Source: Gnetum montanum
Lineage: Eukaryota > Plantae > Gnetophyta
Length of the DNA: 64,000 bases
Direction: 5' to 3'
Assembly (NCBI GenBank): GCA_015680685.1
Contig: MNCI01002312.1
Coordinates: forward strand, 226,655 to 290,654
How positions within the stretch are numbered: the stretch's first letter is position 1; each line of letters starts with the position of its first letter. The translations under genes were made by a program, and so were the position numbers. The notes under the pieces were generated by a model that searched no databases, was not told where the DNA came from, and saw only the letters and a program-made list of their open reading frames with translations. Positions 1-14,175 of this stretch are shown piece by piece.

Positions 1-2407
1 GGACTAGCTGAAGGCCTCTCCCATGTGGCCAATCATCACTTCCACCAAGGAGTGGTACATGGGTGAAACATTCCTATTCTAGAACAATAGGTAGCCTAGA
101 GAAATGATGAAAATCAAGGACATCTCGGTGACCAACTTATTGTAGGCCATTATTGTAGATCTTTTCTTGAAATAGGAACAAATCTTATTGAAATTGCAAT
201 GTAGGCAGATCCAAACATTAAGAAAGAATGAATGTGATGGTGTTATGATATTGACCGCAAGGAGTTTGGCACACTCACACTAGTAGAGAGGATCCATTAT
301 AAGATTGTCACCTTCCACCTCAATCCTTCAGTGAGGCTAAGAAAATTCACTACCTTCTCTATCCAAGCATGCACTGCTCTAAGTGAAAGATTCTTGGTCA
401 ACATTCCATAGTTGATATTTCTAGAGATGGAGGAGAATTTTAAAGAAAATAAACATGGAAGGAAGCACTCCCCTTTCCATGCCTCATTAAGAAATTTTGT
501 TGAAGGGGAGGGATAGTTCATTACACCAATCATGACATTAGGTAAGTTTCAACCGCTAGCTAGGTGAAAATGATGAAAGATAAGACACCTACAATGACTA
601 TCCATGAAGAGGAGCAGTGACCACCACCTCCACTTGTCACTCAAAAAACTATGCTAGACATCACTGCAAGCATCCAATAGTTGTGAGAATATAATGAATG
701 GCGGTTGAGTGAACAAGAGCAATGACTAGCCATGAGTCATCTTAATGAGATGGCCTAAACAATTAGCCTGATGAAAGATGGTGGATATATTTTCTTGGTC
801 CAAAGAATATATCTTGTAGAATAACAATCACTTCCAAAAATTTCTAGGAATGCTACAACCTTCTCAATGCACTTGGAGGAGGATGAGGGGGCAATAGTTT
901 TGGTGATGCAGCACCAAGGGTAGGAAACAATAGTAGAAGTGGTTACTAATAGGATTTTCAAAACTCTCAATGCACTTGCGGCATCTAGATCAGACATCAT
1001 TGCACTTAAAGATGTGCAAATGTTTATAGGGACTATAAGTGGTAAAATAAGTGTATCACAACATGAGGAGCTGCTAGACCAACTAGTGGTAATTGGGAAA
1101 CCAGTTCTAGTTTTCTTTGACCTTCTAGACAACATCACTACAACCTAGTTAGAGCTATTGGTGGAGGGGCAACTTGAAATAGCTAGGGAGAAAAACAAAT
1201 TCTTGGCTATAGAAGTTGCTAAACTAAGAGCACAAATTTCCAATCTTGAATTTCTCAACTCAATACTAACAAGATATCAAGCTATGGAATAGATTCATAC
1301 CATGCTTAAAGGGGTTGACGATGCAATGGAGATGATGGTGTTCTATAGATCCTTGGCAGAAGCCACACAACACGCAATTCAGAAGGCCTTCAATTAGACC
1401 TACCAAGATAATGTCTAGTTGATCACAAAAAATCATTGCCTATAGAATGTGATGCATACAAGAAATAGTCAATTAATTTTATCTATCAATAGTAGGAGTA
1501 ATTGGATAGAGCAAACATAGAATTGAGAACATTAGTAGTAGAGAATAGGAATCTCTCAATGGAGGAGGTGCATGCCTTTCATCAAAAGTCTACAATTGAG
1601 GTAGTTGCCTGGAAATTTGAAGCTCTCAAATTTGGGAAAGTCAAAGATCATTATAGAGAGTAGTTCAATCTACAAAAGGAAGTAAATGAAAAACATATCC
1701 AATTTGTAAAGGTAAATTCAAATGAATCCCTTTTGCAACTCTAGCAAGGTAGGGAAGTTTGGCAACCCATCATTGATGGGATAGATGCCTAAAATAAGGA
1801 AAAAATCTATACGAAGAAGTTGCAAATCGAGAAGATGACGAAGTACATGGAGCTTTCCAATCTCTGTTATGCAAATCTAGCCATGTTGACTGCTAGATGG
1901 TCATGGTCTAAATTAGAAAAGTAGGTGGCTAGCTCGTACTTGCTATATGAGGCTGAGATCAAGCACCACAAGGACACCGAGGACAAACCTATGCTGGCTA
2001 ATGATGAACTCAAAGTTTTCAAGGCATACTTCACAGATCAAAAATTAACTATTGAGAACCTAGCTAGAAGGATGAATGACTACTAGGAGCTATAGAATGT
2101 AGTTAGGGCATTTGACATCAAACACAAACAGTTTGCTACCGAGTTTATCAATGTCAAGGAGATGTTCCCCATCATGCCTTGTCCATGGGATGTCCCCATT
2201 CTAGCCCACATTGGTGATGCGATGTGTACTGTGAATGATCCCAAAAGTAAGGAGGAGAAGATGTAGGCATTGCTTGATTCCTTCCACCTTCCATTGGAGG
2301 TTGCAGCCGTAGTAAGATAGCTATAGCTACCTTAGCTACCAGACATGCCCGAAGCTAGTGAAAGTCCTTCAAAGCCTCAAGAGCCAACACCACCTATAAC
2401 TGTCTAA
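1..2407 (+). pseudogene. Decayed TE-type ORF with a coiled-coil-like C-terminal half; possibly the antisense extra gene of element C
   Basis: A long codon-like + strand stretch (e.g. ELLDQLVVIGKPVLVFFDLLDNITTT*LELLVEGQLEIAREKNKFLAIEVAKLRAQISNLEF) is broken by stops and ends ...PQEPTPPITV* at ~2407. No gag or pol motif is recognisable. Confidence 0.4.
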
Positions 2408-2460
2408 TCTTCACTACTATCTAGATTTGAAAGTTAGAATATTTGAAACTACATTGTTTT

Positions 2461-4171
2461 GTTGAAACTACACTCTCCACTATTGGAACTATACTCTAGA
2501 GTGTAGTCAACATAGTCTACACAAATAGTCCAGACTTTGAAATTTTTCTAAGTGTCCTAACTATCCTCTAGAACATAGTCAACATAGTTAGCACTAAAAT
2601 GGCCAATTTTGCAAGTTTTCCTAAGTGTCAAACCAAAGGATACTAAGCATGGTTGGGATGGAAGAAACAGTTTGGAAAAATTTCTAGCTTTTGGTGCTAT
2701 GCTCTAAAGTGTAGCTAGCATAGTCAACAATGAGGACATCAATTTTTCAAGTTTTCCTAAGTGTCAAACCAAAGGATACTAAGCATGGTTGGGATGGAAG
2801 AAATAGTTTGGCAAAATTTCTAGCTTTTGGCACTATGCTCTAAAGTGTAGCTAGCATAGTCAACAATGAGGACATCAATTTTGCAAGTTTTTTCCAAGTG
2901 TTTGGGCTATACTTTCCCTACTAGGACTATGCTCTAGAGTGTAGTCAATGTAGTCTGCACTAAACCTCACTTTTTGCAAGATTTTTCTAATTGTTGGACT
3001 ACACTAGAGTGTAGTCAACGTAGTCAAGTAGAACTACCTCTACAAGCCTCCAGAACTTAGCACTAGCCTACATGTCAAATCCAACATTCCTTTGACAAGC
3101 AAGATTTGAAATTTGTATTCCGTTTGCATACCCCATTTTTCCCTTAATTGTACCTATGCTTGACACCACTCAAGATAGTGGAAAACATAGTCTTGAAGCG
3201 TAATCTCCAAAACTTCACTATTTTGCATTATTTTTAGGTAAATTATGGTCTATTTTTCACTCATACATGTAGTCTTGGAAGTGTAATCATGGTCTAATAG
3301 TCTCATAAGGTCTATTGGAGCACACCAATGAAACACCATTTTGCTTCAATAGGAGCATAGTTGGGGTTAGCGTAGTCTTAAATATCCCTCTACCACATGG
3401 CACCTAATTTTTAACTCATACTAACTCTAGTCCTATAAATACACTAATGCTTCATGTTTTAGGGGTTGGAATTTTGGCATTTTGGTTAGCAAATCTCACA
3501 TTCAATTGAAAAAATTTTAGCATTGGCATCATTAGAACCCTTGCACCCAAGCACACTTAGCATCTTGATGAATGTTGGGACACCACCTAACACTGCTGTA
3601 TAGTGACCAACACATCATACACCATTGCATCTTGTAGGACATTATAGTAGCCAACTTGGTAGGCTTAGATCCCATAATAGATGTCAGTTCTTCATAGCTA
3701 GACACCTTAAGATTGTGACTACATTTCCTACTATGCTTGTATGTACACAACATACCTCCTAAAAGTTTCTTTGCAATCAACTATGCTTCCCCCATTTGGG
3801 GTGGTGGCTTTCTCTCTTACCCATATTTTATGCACTTTTCACATTTTCTCTTGCATTTTAGCATTCTACCCACATTTTTCATTATTTAGGCACATATTCA
3901 CACATTTTTACCTTTATTTTTGTGCCTAAAATGGCTACAATGCTCACACCCATGGTCATCACAAACATCGTAAAACACTACATCCCCCTCCCCCACTCAC
4001 CCTTGACACTCATTTTATCATAACACTTGTAATTCCTAGTTCAATCAACAAGACCATTTTGGGCACCCTGCCTCTATTCCCAGTAGCCCTTGTGTGGAAG
4101 CAATGTTAAGGCTTCGTGATCATGGACCTCTTGGAGTACCATTCTAGCCTCTAATGTTTTTGGTCACTACA
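2461..4171 (+). repeat. 5' LTR of element B, lacking about the first 80 bp seen in its 3' LTR
   Basis: Aligns to the 3' LTR from ~15437 onward. TATAAAT at 3434. Ends TGGTCACTACA just before the PBS. Confidence 0.85.
2605..2890 (+). repeat. Near-identical 136-bp tandem duplication inside the B 5' LTR
   Basis: AACCAAAGGATACTAAGCATGGTTGGGATGGAAGAAA... occurs at 2631 and 2767. The 3' LTR has a single copy (~15630-15790). Confidence 0.85.
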
Positions 4172-4177
4172 GTTTTC

Positions 4178-4192
4178 TGGTGCTAGAAGGAG
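4178..4192 (+). promoter_or_regulatory. Primer binding site of element B, complementary to tRNA-Asn(GUU)
   Basis: TGGTGCTAGAAGGAG matches the complement of the plant tRNA-Asn 3' end ...CCCUCCUUCUAGCGCCA, with one CpG-type change. Confidence 0.8.
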
Positions 4193-4562
4193 AACCTTCA
4201 TCATTTCCTTATTCGACCATCCCTTGGTTGTTGCCTTGCTTGCTCTTTGCATCCAATGTAGATTTGTCCTTACTATCACTTCCCTTGGAAACTGATCCGA
4301 TAACACTAGAATTTTTACACTTAGCCAAATTCTAGATTCTCAATAGAGTGTATTTGGCTCCAATGTAGTGAGCATAGTCAACTTTGAGTGTAGTCCTAGA
4401 GTTAGTTATTTTTCAACACATTTACACTTAGTCATTTTTCTCTACATTTTAGACATAGTCATTTCTCTACATTTTTATACTTAGACATTTTTCTTACACT
4501 TTTGTAGTTAAGTCATTTTTCTCCATTTTTCATCAATGACCTTTGTATTTTTCTCTTGCAGC

Positions 4563-7500
4563 ATGACTCCTAAGCAACCTTCGATCTTTGTTTCAAGCTT
4601 GATGGTTGTCCTAACCATTTAGCAAGAGATCCTAATTAACTTTCTTGGGGATAGGGGTCTTGTCCTTGCACAAAGGTAATCTTTCAAGTAGTGCAACCTA
4701 CCTCCCAAGGTCATGTTGCTTAACAATAAGCAATAGAACTTCAGTTGTGCAAAAATCCAAGTGGATTTGCCCTTATTCTACTAAGAAATTGATACCAAAC
4801 ATAGTTATGAGCTCATGCATCATAATGAGAAGGAATGGTTCCCTTTCAATTTTAACTTTATCCCTCTCACAAAATACTACTAGTGGATGCTAAACAACCT
4901 CATTTGCAACATGGGCTCTAAGGTAGGGATAAACTACAAGGAGCCCCTGTAGGAGGAGCTAGATGAGTTTGAGGATCCATTTGAGTGTGATGACTCATTC
5001 CATGCTTCATTCTAGTAGATAGCCTTTTCTTTCACTCCCCTAGTGTCTCATAGCCTAGTGTCACCACCTAAGTCAATACCTGTGGTGACAAATTACCAAG
5101 CATAATAGACATACCAAGATGTTGCTCTACCTTTTAGCTTTTCCTTCAATGTGCCCTTCACCATCCCTTTGCAGTCTACGTAGCCTTCATAGCTTGTCCA
5201 GCCTATTCGATCGATTCAACCCATTCAGGCCATCTAGCCTTGTGTAGTAGTAACCATTGTGCCTATGCAACCCTATGTGCAAGTCATGCACATCCCTCCC
5301 TCACTGTATGTGACTTAGGCATAGTTCATCCCACCTATCATGTCGACACCATTTACAATGACCCATACCACAAACCTATGGTGGGGCCTAGGTAGTGTGC
5401 CCATGCCACAACCCATGTAATAGGCATTACATGTGGTCACATAACCTGAAGTTAGGTCATGGGCCACCCAACAACCATAGTGGGCAACACAACCCATGTA
5501 GCCTACCATAACCACACCTATCTTGGATCAAGCATTTTGGCTAATTCAAAGCCTTACTAAAGAGGTAAAGTGACTAAAGGAAAGATCCTCTAAAATAGTC
5601 CATGTAATGAACTTTTACCAAGACAATCTAATTAGTCTTGTAGTTGCACCATTGGCACTACCTACTAGGGTCCCACTCCCATAGTTTATCAAATACAATG
5701 GTGAAGGAGATCCTAATGCCCATATGGCAACCTTCCAGTTAGAATGCCTCCTACTATATGTGTTTTCCATGTAATTAATCAACAAGACACTAGATTGGTA
5801 CCACATGCTCCCCAAGGCCTCCATCACTTCTTTGGAGGAATTGCTTATCCAATCTGTCACATGATTCAAGTACAACTTAAAGCTTGAGGCAATCCTAGAC
5901 TAGCCGATGCAAGTCAAGTAGGGCCATTTAGAGCCTACACAAAAATTCATTTAGTGATGGGGCGCATCACTTAACAAGATCCATGAGACCATCATAGAAA
6001 CATAGATACTAGCCATCTTCAAAGGCATAGTGAATGACTTCATCAAGTTGAAATTGTATTACCTTTTCCTGTAGTCCCTAAGCAAAGCATTTGCTCAAAC
6101 CAAGAGCATTCAAGATGTAGTGGAGGCCATCAAGGATCTAACCTACATGGCTTATAAGAACCTACATGCAAAAAAGGAGAAAGACAAGGACAAAGGAAAG
6201 CAAGCAACCAAAACCATTGCAATAGTGGCCAATGAGATTAAGCCAACCAATGCCAAACCAATGGCCAAGCCATCCAAGGCCCTGGCCAACAACAAGGTGG
6301 CTAGCTCTAGCATAGTGACAAACAAGCAACCTACATCGTTAACATGGAACTAGCTACCATGAGGCCTAACTTCAAGTCCAAGGATTACTTGAAGTACACA
6401 CCATTGCCTATTAAGAAATCAAAGCTTTTGAATTAATTACTTCATGATGGATGCATCCAGTACAAGCAAATGTTCGAGAATGCTCACAAGTGGCATGACT
6501 GATATTGTGAGCTTCTTAAAAATCATTTAGCTACACTACCTAACAAGCCTGTGGTTCCTAAGCATTTCATATTGGACCAATTTTTCCAATATCACCAAAT
6601 ACAGGGTCACAATACAAACTTTTGCATGGCATTGTAGGATGATATACAATGCATGATTGGCAAAGGCGAGTTGGTCCTTTATGCAATCAACCCCATGCAC
6701 CCCCAAAACCAATCAATGGAGCTTTACAAGGATTCTCTCAATGCAAATGGTGTAGGATACATCATCCACACTATTAGAATTAGTAACAATTTAGAGCTGA
6801 TGCACAAACCATTTGTGGTTTGTGCACCCTCTGATGACATTGGAACCTCCTTGTCCTCAAATAGTTTGAGGACTCCTTTGTTATCCAAGCACCAACTTAG
6901 GTGCCAATAACACCCTTTGTGGTCAAGGCCTTACAACATGTTGTAGCTACAATAGCCCAAACACCATTTATCATAAGGATGCTACAATGTATGGACTCCC
7001 CATGTGTTGGAAGTCTAGTGGTGCGTAATGCTTTGGTCCCTACTTACCCAAGACCCCATCCTATAGCCAAACACCAATAAGCAATCAAGATGAAAAACTA
7101 GAGGCCTAATGAATGCCTCATAGATCAAATGCTTAGGTAGGACCAAGACCAAAGGGCACTAGGCCTAGCAAAGCCTGTCCCCTTGTCTTCTATCCCAATG
7201 GCCCAACCAATAGAAGAGGCCAGCACAACTAACAACCAACAATGGAGCACTGAGGCTCCAAAGTAAACAAGGCAAGCAAGGTCCAAATCCCCTTCACATG
7301 AGATCTATCTCTTGGGAAACATGGAGGAGATGAAGGCCAAAAAAAAGTAGCATATGGTAGAAGAGGCCTCCTTGACACACTGGCATAAGTTAAATAGGCC
7401 TTAAAACAAAAAAAATACAACATTAAGCTTGTACAACCTAATAATGACTTATTCTACCCATCATGAAGTGTTAGTGTGCATGTTGACCTCTATCCCTATT

Positions 7501-8296
7501 ACAGAGGATATCCTAGTGGATGAATAGTCCATCCATGTTGTGATGTTTCCTCCTCCCCCACAAGAATTGATTTCAACACCCCTAGCATTTCACAATGAGG
7601 TGATCAAGGTGGACTCTAAGAAGGGTCAAGTCATTACCATGCTGATAATGCAAAATCTACAATGTACACATTGATGATGGGGTAACAACCAATGTCATCT
7701 CATACACAATCATTAACAAGATTGCTCTAGCCAATTAAATTAAACCAACAAAGACAACATGTCTTAAATCCTTCAATGGGTCACTTTTTTTTATAAGGGG
7801 AACTATCACGATAGCCTTTGTGGTAAGGGAGCAGTTCCCCACCATTGCTGAATTCATAGTGGTTGAAAAGATGCCAATTTTCAACTTGATCTTGGGTAGG
7901 CCTTGGTTAGCCTAGCTATAGGCCATCTCCTCCCCAATCCATTAGGAAATCCACCTTCCATATGAAGGTGAAGAGGTTATCATACATGGTGACAACATAG
8001 CACCTCTTACTGTCAACAACACTGACACTAAACATAGGTCAAAGATGGAGTTCCTTAATGACATGCCTATCATAGAGGACAAAGGTAAAAAATGTGAAGC
8101 AAACCAACTTGAAGAGCCAATGGGAGTCCCTGACCCTTCGAAAGATGCTTTGTGGGTAGAATTTCCCTACAAGATAGTTGACAAAGGTCAAGGCAAGCAC
8201 TGCATCATACCCTCTGGCCCTATGTGCCACCTAACCCATACTAGATTAGGAAATAACTATGTAACTAAGGCATTCCCTTGGTCCAATAGACACTAG
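4563..8296 (+). pseudogene. gag: Decayed gag-protease of element B
   Basis: ATG follows an acceptor-like TTTTCTCTTGCAG. Gag core FIKYNGEGDPNAHMATF at ~5685, zinc-knuckle remnant YHQIQGHNTNFC at ~6590, protease VHIDDG...FNLILGRPWL at 7663-7910. Many stops and frameshifts. Confidence 0.85.
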
Positions 8297-8520
8297 ATCC
8301 CTGCCTACGCCATGTCTGCACATTTTTCCTATTTGCATTTTATGTTAGCTTGGTTATCTGCATTTTTAGACTATTTGCTTCTTTATGTGTTTATTTACTC
8401 TATTTGTGCATTTAGTAAGTTTACATTTCTTCTTCGTTACTTTTTAGCAGTTAGTTTACACATGAAAAATTGAAAATACATAAACATCATAAAATGCAAA
8501 AGTTACAAAAATACATAGCC

Positions 8521-8822
8521 GTCCATGGCCTTAAACTAGCCATATGTGGTCTAGAAAGGCCTTAAACTATTATGTGGCCTACCATGACCTAAAACTAGCA
8601 ATCTCTCTTACATCACATGGGTTGGGATGGCCTTAAACTAATGCATGGTCCACCATGGCCATTAACTAGCATTGCATAGCCTGCCATGGCCTAAAATTGG
8701 TAACACTTTTCCTTTCAAAGCATGGCCCAAATTGATCTTAAACTATCACTGGGATCCAAAATGACCTAAAAATATCAAAATGTTATCTACACACACATTC
8801 CAAAATGGCCTAACACTAGCAA
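8521..8822 (+). repeat. Motif array 1 of element B (~9 copies of hairpin plus TTAAACTAGCA)
   Basis: Units such as GGTCCACCATGGCCATTAACTAGCA and GGTCTAGAAAGGCCTTAAACTA, with variable spacers, just after the gag-PR stop. Confidence 0.85.
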
Positions 8823-9031
8823 TCGCTACAACCTAATCACATCAACTCACTACATCATTAATATCAAACACATATTAAATAAATGCAAAAGTCTATTCAT
8901 CACAATCTATGTAGCAAAATTTTTGTTTCATTTCATAGAAAAATAATAATACATCACATGATCATCTGCATTACATAGCAAGAATACAAAAAATACAAAA
9001 CACCTAATGATGGGGCTACATTAAGATCTAT

Positions 9032-12000
9032 TTAACCAATGGCACTAGGTGGGGGTGGAGGCTCCTCTTCTTCCACAATGCTGCTAAGGCCTACAGCATC
9101 ACCTAGTTCCTATCAACAACAACAACAAAATGAAAAATTGTAAGCAAATGTATAATATGCAACTAATAGAAAAAAACATAAAAAGCAACATAAATATCTA
9201 ACCTAAGAGGGTCCCACATCAACCATGTCTAGAGGTATGCTATCAAGGCCCTCCTCCAAGTGTTAGAGAATTTTGGCCTCTAATAGTCATGTCTAGTCCT
9301 CTTGGTCAAAGTCAACACCTGCAAGGGTCTTGTCTTTGTTCACAGTAATCTGTGTAGGTAGCTACTTAGAAAGGATGGCAAATGAAGCCTCCCCTAAGGG
9401 TATGGTAATCTCTAACCACTATGTGACGAGAAAATATGTCAAAGGTCCAACTTCCACCAATCACCTCAATGAACAAATTAAGGAAATGGGATTTGATGGA
9501 CTCTTCTTTTATTTGCTGTAGGTATGCATCTCACTCAAACTTGTAGTGGTGTTTATGATCCTTTTGCATGTGCCCCCACTTGCACACCTTAGCACTAAAA
9601 TTTTTCCAATCCTAACCCTTTTAGGCAAGCAGGTTGAACTATAGCCTCTACTTAATAATCTCCTGGGTAGCCTCATTCTTGCCCTAGATCATTGTCCAAT
9701 ACTTGGTATAATTAATCTCTATGGTCTACCAGGTACTATCTCTCTATGCCTGAGCTGATAGGAAATCATATTGGCACTAGGGGTTCTCGATCTTTGTGTT
9801 CTAGCTTGCCACTGTCTCTTGAAGCTTGTGCATGCATTTCCATTGGTACTCATTCAAGCACCTATAGCTCCATAATGTTTTTACACTATAAATCATGCAC
9901 TTGCTAACTACCTTGTACACATGGCAAGGAACTTGCTCCACTTCAGGAGGGTATTCAAGGACAACATCCACCTTAGCCACCTATTTTAGATCCCAAAGGA
10001 GCTTAGAACCTGTTGGCATGCAACAAGAAAATAAACATTAGCCATAGACTAAGCATAAAATTAGTAAAGAAATGTAAATAAAATAAAAATACACATACCA
10101 AGATCAAGATCTACCTACTATATGTGAGCCACTATATCCTCAATAATGCCTTCCATGAAGGCAAACATATTTGACATCTTTACCCATGACTCCATGCAAT
10201 CAATGGGAATGGGTGGTGGACCACTGGCAGGTGCATCTAAGGTTGCATAACAACAACACTAAGCAAAAAATAAATAGCTAAGGATGTAAGAGCAAAAGAG
10301 CAACAAAAAATGGCAACTTAAAGTGCTTACCAAGAAAGCCTTTAGGTGTGAGAGTAGGGGGATCTCCCAGCTACACACCATTAAAGAGGCTAGCAAAATC
10401 ACCCTTGTTAGGGTGTAATAGCCCCTCTACATCAAATTGATGGAAGTTCTCTATGGCCTCGTGCAGCTCCTCTATGTGTGCCTCGTCCTCCTCAACTTGA
10501 GGAGGGGCCATCTCTGCCACTATTATTGCTGATGCTTTGGTAGCCCTCTCACCTAACTTACAAACATAGCATGTTAGAATTAGCATAACATAACATGAAA
10601 ACATAGAAAAATAAACATAGAAAATATAAAACAAATGCATCTACATGTGTACTAACCTACAACATCTATCCACAAAGTGGGAATCTTCAGCTATATTTTC
10701 TTGATGCTCACCTATCCAATTATAGGGGTAGCCTCCTTTGTTGAGTGTGGCCTTTTGATCTTTGCCTTGGAAGGCCCCACCATTTGCGCAATATAACAGT
10801 TGGCCTTGTTCACATCCCCAATAATTATTAGGGGAAACTCACCCATGTTTTCATGAGATTAATGTAACCATGACCTTCCTAGATGACCTTTGGTCATAAC
10901 TAAGTATGACTCATTGATCCCCTGTAGGGGATCTTGCATATGAGTGGTTGCAAATAGGTACTTGAGACAAGGCTTGAATAGCTACTCACAATCTTACACT
11001 ACCCAATTCTTACTATCTTGGGCCATTGAAAACTCCATGAACCTTCATAGATACACTACAAAGAATGTGAAGTGCATGTGAGACCTCACCTGGAGGTTGT
11101 AGCAAAGTCTAGTGATCTCTGCTTATAGTCCAATGGTGATGAAGAAGGCCCAATTGAACCTCATGCCCTCTTCTAGTACCTTCCTCATCACCTATGCCTA
11201 CTTGACCCCAAGGATTTTTCCTTGGGAGAGAAACTTTAAAAATTCATGGGCATGAAAAAGAGGGTAGAGCTCCTAGACCTCAAGCACACACATGTCTCTA
11301 ATCATGATGGCTCTATGAGATTGGGTGGTTACCAACCACTCCTCAATCTCTCCTTTATAGTGCACCTCTCTGTTGGCCTTGTTAATGACCAACAAGCCAT
11401 TAGAGAAAAGGCGAAAGAAGTCAACAAAGAAGGCATCATTGAGGTCCAAGACTACCCTCACTTTATGCACATGGGTGATGAAGCAGCAAGTGTTGCTGCT
11501 GAAAGAGTCTATAATGGTGACCATGTTGGACACTAGAATGCTTGGGCTAAGGGCCAAGAAAAGTTCCATCAACCTAGCATGCATGAGCTGACTGATCAAT
11601 GCCTTTGAGGCCTAATGACACAACCAATGTTATGCCCCCTCCAAATCATTGTACTTCATGATGAGGGTGGCCTCATTGTAGCCTATGGTGATCACTGTCA
11701 CCTTTCCTAAAGCAATTATAGCTACAACATAGGCAAATAAATGTTAAAATTATGTAAGGGTGAATCAATGAGTTCATTTGAGCAAGCACAAAATCGAAGT
11801 ACTTAAGTGCTTACATAGAACAAATGGTGTGTGAGATGGAGGTGGTGGGTAATTAGCTCCTTAAAATTGGACACACCACTAAACCACCCCTCATCAAGCC
11901 AACCATAGGTCTTGCACCACTCAAATGACTTCGAGTATTAGGTGGAGTAATTCTTTATATCATCTCCCACCTACTTAGGTATGGACCCCCAAAAGTTTAT

Positions 12001-13372
12001 ACTAGAGGAGAACACCCTCTAGATATAAATTTCAATATGTCCTAGTTGGCCCTAGAAAATAATGTCTTGGTGATAGCACCTACAGCCTCTACTGCTAAGT
12101 GTGACCACATAATCACACTAAAGTGCCATAGTGGGAATGCCAGGAACTTGGATGCCCTTGGCCAAAACCTTACTACTTGACAACCCACCTTCATATTTGA
12201 TGTAGGCATGTTGGACATAGGCTCGCTCATGCAACAAAGAATGCCAACAAGCTCCACAATGACTAAGATTGGCTTTAACAACACCTTGCGATCGCATAAA
12301 TGACAAATGTAGCGTTAATATACAATAGATGCATTTTGGAAAAAATACATTATGGTAAAAAATGGTGATAACCTTACCCTACGATGATGGCCTATGATCA
12401 CTGCTAATGTACATGGCCCCTTCCCACACTAGAAAATACTTAGATGAAAAAAAAATAGCATTAGGGGATAACCCCTACTATGAGACTTTCCTACCACAAG
12501 CCATCCTAGCTACCACTTATGTTCTCATCCCTACCCCTACTCTATGCTTGATGTAGAAATTTTTCCATGTGAACCCTTCAATGCTTCCCCACCCTACAAT
12601 GTGTCATTTGGCCACCACTGTAGCCCTAGACCCTATTGAGATTTTTAAAAAAATAAGAAAATAAGGTGAGTAGCAAAGGCTCACTGCATCCTAGCCCTAT
12701 AGGTGGTGGTCCTAAGGCCACCATAAGACCTCAATCTCTACCTTGCCCCACCTGTCACCTACTAGAACACCAAGCCTCATTTCCTGTGGCCACATCGGCT
12801 ACTACAGCAGCCATGGCTACTACAAAACATAAACCCTTTCCCCTATGGTCACTTTCATTAAGCACACATAAAAACCCTTTCCTTGCAGCAATACCAATTG
12901 TCATAGCAGTTGTGACCATCACAACTCAAACCCTTTCACTGTGCCCTCACCCAGTCAAAACCCTCACCCCACAAAACCCTTGTAAGAATCATGCAGTTTA
13001 TACTTGGTTGTGATAGCCCAAATGACCATGGTGGTGTTGTCCCTTATCATGGCAAGGTATAGACCAAAACCTAGCCCCAAGCTCCAAGTGCCTATGTATA
13101 GAAAGCCAAAAGAATGAAAATAATGAAAAAGGGGCAGAGCATAGTTGGAGTACCTAGCAGTCGGTGGTGCACTTTACTCCTTCACGCATGCCCATGGTAG
13201 GCTTCCTAGGACTCACCCTTCCTTGTCTACATTGACTAGGATAGGGTGCTAATGTCCACTTTAGTATGACATTCTAGCAACTACACTTTTACAACTATGC
13301 TATGCTCTCAAAATTTTGTATTTTCACCTTTAACAATGAAAAATTTCCCAAGGGTAAAACACGCTCTTATAC
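9032..13372 (-). pseudogene. Antisense multi-exon extra gene of element B (unknown protein; Transposase_32-like N-terminal half, coiled-coil C-terminal half)
   Basis: Minus-strand GT-AG introns at 9110-9202, 10010-10098, 10237-10330, 10553-10656 and 11722-11814. Exon peptides include LMELFLALSPSILV, VLEEGMRFNWAFFI and DVGPS|. Homologous to the copies in A and D. Confidence 0.8.
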
Positions 13373-13560
13373 CCTTGGGAACCACTTAATTTTTTACCCA
13401 CCCAAGACTATGCTCAATAGTGCAAAGCATAGTTGCATGTAAGTGTATTCACTAGAGTTAGGAAAATTTTGAATTTTTCTTATCACCCAATGACCAAAAA
13501 AGCTAGTTTTGCTTTTCTAATGCACCAAGCCTCACTCCAATGATGCACTAAGTGCACAAA

Positions 13561-14175
13561 ACCATCTACTATGGTGTTAAACTACCACCCAACAGTTTGT
13601 TAAGACGTTAAATTGGTGCTTCATAGCCCACCATGGCCTTAAACTGGCAACACATGGTCCAAAACGGCCCAAAACTAGCAACACACAAGGCCTGGAATGA
13701 GCTTAAACTGCTATTGTGGCTTGGAATGATCCAAAAGTATAGCTTTTTGCATTACTTTCCTTTCATTTGTGCATTAACTTTGTTAAAACAAGTGCCACTT
13801 GATGATGTTTTTCTAGTTGACTCTTGCAACATCTTGCATTGACAAAGCATGGATATGCATGCAACACCGTACCTCAGTAAAGCAAGGTAAGAACTCATCC
13901 ACCATGATGCTAAAACTAGCATAGTAGTCTACTTTGAGTATAAACTGGCATAGTATAGCTCATCTACAATGACACTATAATTAGCACACATAGTCTGCTA
14001 TGACTATAAACTAGCACAGATTGTCCTTGGGTCATGACATTAAACTACCACAAGAGCTTGTATGCCATGATGCTAAAATGGCACGCAGTAGTCTACTAGG
14101 ACTATAAACTAATGCACCATTATTTGCTAGGACCTTAAACTAGGTTCATAGTCTACTAGGACCTTAAACTAGCAT
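13561..14175 (+). repeat. Fused motif arrays 2 and 3 of element B (~15 copies) at the position where pol is missing
   Basis: Units CATCCACCATGATGCTAAAACTAGCA, ATAGTCTGCTATGACTATAAACTAGCA and TAGTCTACTAGGACCTTAAACTAGCA. Confidence 0.85.
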
